DNA from: Sinorhizobium meliloti
Lineage (GTDB): Bacteria > Pseudomonadota > Alphaproteobacteria > Rhizobiales > Rhizobiaceae
DNA length: 32,000 nucleotides
NCBI RefSeq assembly: GCF_017876815.1
Contig: NZ_JAGIOS010000001.1
Coordinates: forward strand, 3,873,232-3,905,231
Direction of reading: 5' to 3'
In this document: positions 30,907 to 32,000 of the stretch, piece after piece
How positions within the stretch are numbered: position 1 is the stretch's first letter
How the letters are laid out: every line of letters starts with the position of its first letter
The notes under the pieces: model-generated
What the model saw: the letters and a program-made list of their open reading frames with translations, nothing else
Databases searched by the model: none
What the model was told of the DNA's origin: nothing
Program-made: the position numbers and the translations under genes

Positions 30907-31503
30907 TTACTTGGCGAGCGAGGCACGGTTGAGCATAGCCCACTGCAGAAGCATGATGGTTTTCGCATCGCAGATCTCGCCGGTGCCTATCCTCGCGACG
31001 GCTTCGTCGAAGGAAATTTCCAACACCTCGATGTCCTCGCCCTCATGCGCAAGTCCGCCGCCCGCCGCGACCTTCTTTGATATATCGATGAGACCGAGGA
31101 AGAAGCTCGTGCGCTCCGTAATGGAGCCGGGGCTCATATAGGCATCGAAGAGATGCATGGCCGTCTCGATGCGGTAGCCGGTTTCCTCCATCGCCTCGCG
31201 GCAGATCGCGACTTCCGGGGCTTCGCCGTCGAGGAGGCCCGCCGGCGCTTCGAGGAGATATCCCGTTTCCCCCTGCAGGAAAACCGGCAGGCGCAGCTGG
31301 CGGACGAGAACCACCACCTGCCGCTCCGGATCGAAGAGGAGGATCGTTGCGGCTCGGCCGTGGTCGTGCACTTCACGCACGAGGCGCGCGGTTCTGCCGT
31401 CGGACATTTCCTGCTCGATCGTGATCTGCTCGAGATTGATGAAGCCATCCCAGACCGTCTTGCGATCGATGATCCGGAAGCGCGCGTCTGCGTTTTTGGT
31501 CAT
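30907..31503 (-). CDS. NUDIX hydrolase (ADP-ribose / nucleoside-diphosphate-sugar pyrophosphatase-like)
   Basis: 198-aa ORF. Nudix-box-like GLLDGEAPEVAICREAMEETGY. The overall NudF/NudK-like length and layout fit (..LVRQ.R.P......LLE.PAG..). Confidence 0.82.
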   Translation of the reverse strand: MTKNADARFRIIDRKTVWDGFINLEQITIEQEMSDGRTARLVREVHDHGRAATILLFDPERQVVVLVRQLRLPVFLQGETGYLLEAPAGLLDGEAPEVAICREAMEETGYRIETAMHLFDAYMSPGSITERTSFFLGLIDISKKVAAGGGLAHEGEDIEVLEISFDEAVARIGTGEICDAKTIMLLQWAMLNRASLAK

Positions 31504-31557
31504 GGGAAGTCCTTTAGGCCTGTTGAAATTCGGGATGTTCGCCGGGACTTGTTTCCT

Positions 31558-31590
31558 CCCTCATCCCTGTGCTTGTCACAGGAATGAGGG
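31558..31590. repeat. Palindromic repeat, family B, single hairpin copy
   Basis: ccctcatccctgtg (31558-31571), loop cttgt, then cacaggaatgaggg (31577-31590). It has the same arms as 19041-19106 and directly abuts the family C copy downstream. Confidence 0.75.
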
Positions 31591-31650
31591 GGCGGAGAGA
31601 TTGCCGTCTTCCGACACGTTTCCTATGCCGCGTCTGAATTTATTAGAATC

Positions 31651-31694
31651 GTTCACGATGGTTTTAGGTCGACCCGACTAAAATCATCGTGAAC
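31651..31694. repeat. Palindromic repeat, family C hairpin copy
   Basis: gttcacgatggtttta (31651-31666) and taaaatcatcgtgaac (31679-31694) flank ggtcgacccgac. It is homologous to 13501-13544. It lies just downstream of the molybdopterin oxidoreductase stop. Confidence 0.75.
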
Positions 31695-31710
31695 TCGAGA
31701 GCGGGCGCGG

Positions 31711-32000
31711 TCAGGCCCGGCGCATCCAGACGCGGTTGTCGTGGAATGCGGCTCCGCCATAGGGTGCCACGGCATCGGCACCGGTCAAAACGTTGATCCC
31801 CTCCCCGTCCAGGTGGGCCCCATTGGGCCAAAGCCCTTCGGCGATGACGACGCCGCGACGGGTGCCCCCTCCGATCTTCGCGTGCAGGCGGATTTCACCA
31901 CGCCCGTTGCCGAGCCTGACGACGTCGCCCTCGGCGATACCGAGTTCGGCCGCATCCTCCGCATGGATCATGACTTCCGGCCGGCCCTCCTTCTGGATCG
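31711..32000 (-). CDS. Molybdopterin oxidoreductase family protein, C-terminal molybdopterin-dinucleotide-binding domain; 5' end lies outside the window
   Basis: The frame is open to the window edge (...IQKEGRPEVMIHAEDAAELGIAEGDVVRLGNGRGEIRLHAKIGGGTRRGVVIAEG.W). The pattern 'hp..DA..lGi.dGd.V.v.n.rG......a.v......gvv' is typical of the Molydop_binding domain. Stop codon at 31711-31713. Confidence 0.72.
   Translation of the reverse strand, partial: IQKEGRPEVMIHAEDAAELGIAEGDVVRLGNGRGEIRLHAKIGGGTRRGVVIAEGLWPNGAHLDGEGINVLTGADAVAPYGGAAFHDNRVWMRRA

Overview
This is a GC-rich, densely packed core-chromosome window from an alphaproteobacterium of the Rhizobiaceae. The lpiA-acvB pair, a groEL without groES and RIME-type palindromic intergenic repeats suggest a Sinorhizobium/Ensifer-like replicon; that assignment is inference, not a database hit. 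I support 26 protein genes, almost all housekeeping. In order they are: hemB (3' end), an RDD membrane protein, bpt, an EamA/DMT transporter, a Cys-less ArsR-type regulator, parC, a 396-aa secreted protein of unknown function, a 72-aa acidic ORF, an orphan groEL, a single-domain rhodanese, aspS, an MFS transporter, a Tat-exported multicopper oxidase, rnd, a membrane-anchored class III nucleotidyl cyclase, a secreted phytase-like protein, ppx, ppk, hdaA, an AI-2E permease, purM, purN, acvB, lpiA/mprF, a NUDIX hydrolase and the 3' end of a molybdopterin oxidoreductase. By eye I found no tRNA or rRNA, no CRISPR array, no transposase, integrase or phage genes, and no recognisable defence or toxin-antitoxin module. 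The non-coding content is dominated by three families of palindromic repeats. All of them lie just downstream of stop codons, and one has a triplicated hairpin arm. I did not find a convincing novel multi-gene system. The most interesting leads are modest: the secreted-unknown / 72-aa ORF / groES-less groEL locus, the cyclase plus phytase-like pair with an upstream palindrome, and the perM-hdaA-ppk-ppx same-strand cluster. About a dozen very long ORFs in the six-frame track are antisense shadows of real genes, as expected in high-GC DNA, and were rejected.
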